A program made the position numbers and the translations under genes. From Nostoc sp. DedSLP01 (lineage in GTDB: Bacteria > Cyanobacteriota > Cyanobacteriia > Cyanobacteriales > Nostocaceae), in assembly GCA_034530875.2 (NCBI GenBank), contig JAVRCJ020000061.1, positions 1-30,247 of the forward strand: a DNA stretch of 30,247 bases. The letters run 5' to 3'. The notes under the pieces were generated by a model, which saw only the letters and a program-made list of their open reading frames with translations, ran no database searches and was not told the DNA's origin. Shown here in pieces: positions 29,055 through 30,247 of this stretch (position 1 is the stretch's first letter; every line of letters starts with the position of its first letter).

Positions 29055-30101
29055 ATGAAAATATGGATTTGGCTGATGCTGGTGGTGTTGATGGCAGTTA
29101 CAGTCGTGGGTAGCAGAGGTAGCACATTTTTTGAACAGCCTCCCTCACCAGAAATTGTTAGGAGCATTCCAGCAGAAACTCCCCAACCACAGCCAGAGTC
29201 AGACAAAGTTGACAATACCCTAAAAGTGTCTGCCGATCGCTTGTTAGCCCATATTCAAAAATTGAATTTTCAGCGCTATACGACAACAGAGCGATCGCGT
29301 ACTCGCACATATATCATCAATGAACTGAAAAAATTCGGCTGGAAGCCCAAATTAGAAAAGTTCTCCGACGGTGTGAATGTTTTTGCCGAACGTGCAGGAA
29401 CGAACAAAGCCGCCAAAGCAATTCTCATAGGAGCGCATTACGACACTGTTGCCTCTTCTCCAGGTGCCGATGATAATGCTAGCGGTATCGCCGTAATGCT
29501 GGAAATTGCTCGGTTACTCGGTTCCCATCCTACAGCACGGACTCTACAACTAGCTTTTTTCGATCGAGAAGAAGCAGGACTTTTAGGTAGTCAGGCTTTT
29601 GTCAGCAACCAAGCACGCTTGGAGAATTTGGGCGGGGCGATCGTTATGGATATGGTAGGTTATGCTTGTTACACTGCTGGGTGTCAACAATATCCAGCGG
29701 GATTACCTGTTACCCCACCTAGCGAGAAGGGCGATTTTTTAGTGGTAGTTGGCGATACAGAACATTTACCTTTACTAAATACCTTCCAGAAAATTCCGCC
29801 AACTGGGCTAAATAAACAAGAATCAAATCTGCCAGCAGTTCTGACACTGCCGATTCCTCTCAAAGGTTTACTGACGCCAGATACCCTACGCAGTGACCAC
29901 GCACCGTTTTGGTATCAGGGAGTCGGTGCTGTACTGGTGACAGATACCGCAAATTTACGTACTCCACACTATCATCAACCCAGCGACCTGCCAGCGACTA
30001 TTGACCGTTCTTTCTTTACAGGAGCAGCCCAGATTGTGGTCAATGCTACAACTGCTTTATTAGAAAAAAATGAAGTTTTAGTAACTCAACCAGCAACTTA
30101 A
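29055..30101 (+). CDS. M28-family zinc peptidase, exported or membrane-anchored
   Basis: N-terminal hydrophobic segment; GAHYD, GADDNASG, EEAGL, DMVG, SDH, YH motifs. Confidence 0.9.
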   Translation: MKIWIWLMLVVLMAVTVVGSRGSTFFEQPPSPEIVRSIPAETPQPQPESDKVDNTLKVSADRLLAHIQKLNFQRYTTTERSRTRTYIINELKKFGWKPKLEKFSDGVNVFAERAGTNKAAKAILIGAHYDTVASSPGADDNASGIAVMLEIARLLGSHPTARTLQLAFFDREEAGLLGSQAFVSNQARLENLGGAIVMDMVGYACYTAGCQQYPAGLPVTPPSEKGDFLVVVGDTEHLPLLNTFQKIPPTGLNKQESNLPAVLTLPIPLKGLLTPDTLRSDHAPFWYQGVGAVLVTDTANLRTPHYHQPSDLPATIDRSFFTGAAQIVVNATTALLEKNEVLVTQPAT

Positions 30102-30170
30102 GTAAATCATCCCTTGATTTAGCAATCTCAGGGACTTCTAGCTAAAAAATAATCAACGGTATTAGTCCGC

Positions 30171-30247
30171 CTTCAAGGGGCGACAAGCTCCCTAAAGTGC
30201 TTGCTGTATAAGCTTCATAGCCCTTAAACCTCGCTGATAATATGCCT
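30171..30247 (-). mobile_element. Probable end of an IS4-family insertion sequence (transposase C-terminus + terminal inverted repeat)
   Basis: Minus-strand frame 30245-30192 reads AYYQRGLRAMKLIQQAL*, resembling C-termini of cyanobacterial IS4-type transposases as I recall them, followed by CTTGTCGCCCCTTGAAG (30187-30171), an IR-like end. Confidence 0.6.

Larger units (their letters stand above)
361..29298. repeat. HIP1 octamer GCGATCGC, 30 dispersed copies (~1/kb)
   Basis: Counted by eye, e.g. at 361, 935, 1476, 2892, 3214, 5680, 6402, 6881, 13212, 16831, 27791, 29291. Hallmark of cyanobacterial DNA. Confidence 0.95.

Overview
Chromosomal window of a filamentous, Nostocales-like cyanobacterium: 30 HIP1 octamers (GCGATCGC) counted by eye, heptamer STRR-type repeats, and Nostoc-style genes. 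The left edge is the promoter/leader of an rRNA operon reading out of the window on the minus strand. Next comes an operon of two cytoplasmic HtrA-like trypsin/PDZ proteins (the first has lost its catalytic His and Ser) plus a NarL/LuxR regulator with a degenerate receiver. It is followed by VOC, secreted and cupin genes and a hybrid kinase/CheY-like pair; three promoters in this block share the same TCCCC direct-repeat/-10 architecture. A housekeeping-like stretch holds budA, hisC, a DUF442-like protein, a GNAT, a GT14 and a 5'-nucleotidase. A ~15 kb co-oriented minus-strand cluster encodes TpsB, two TpsA proteins, an exported TPR-CHAT protease, a DUF928 protein with four 22-aa GGASR(G) cassettes, a CHASE2 hybrid kinase and a REC-kinase; this is the best candidate for an uncharacterised envelope protease-peptide signalling system. 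The window ends with an M28 peptidase and what appears to be the end of an IS4-family element. All family calls come from motif recognition by eye; no searches were run.
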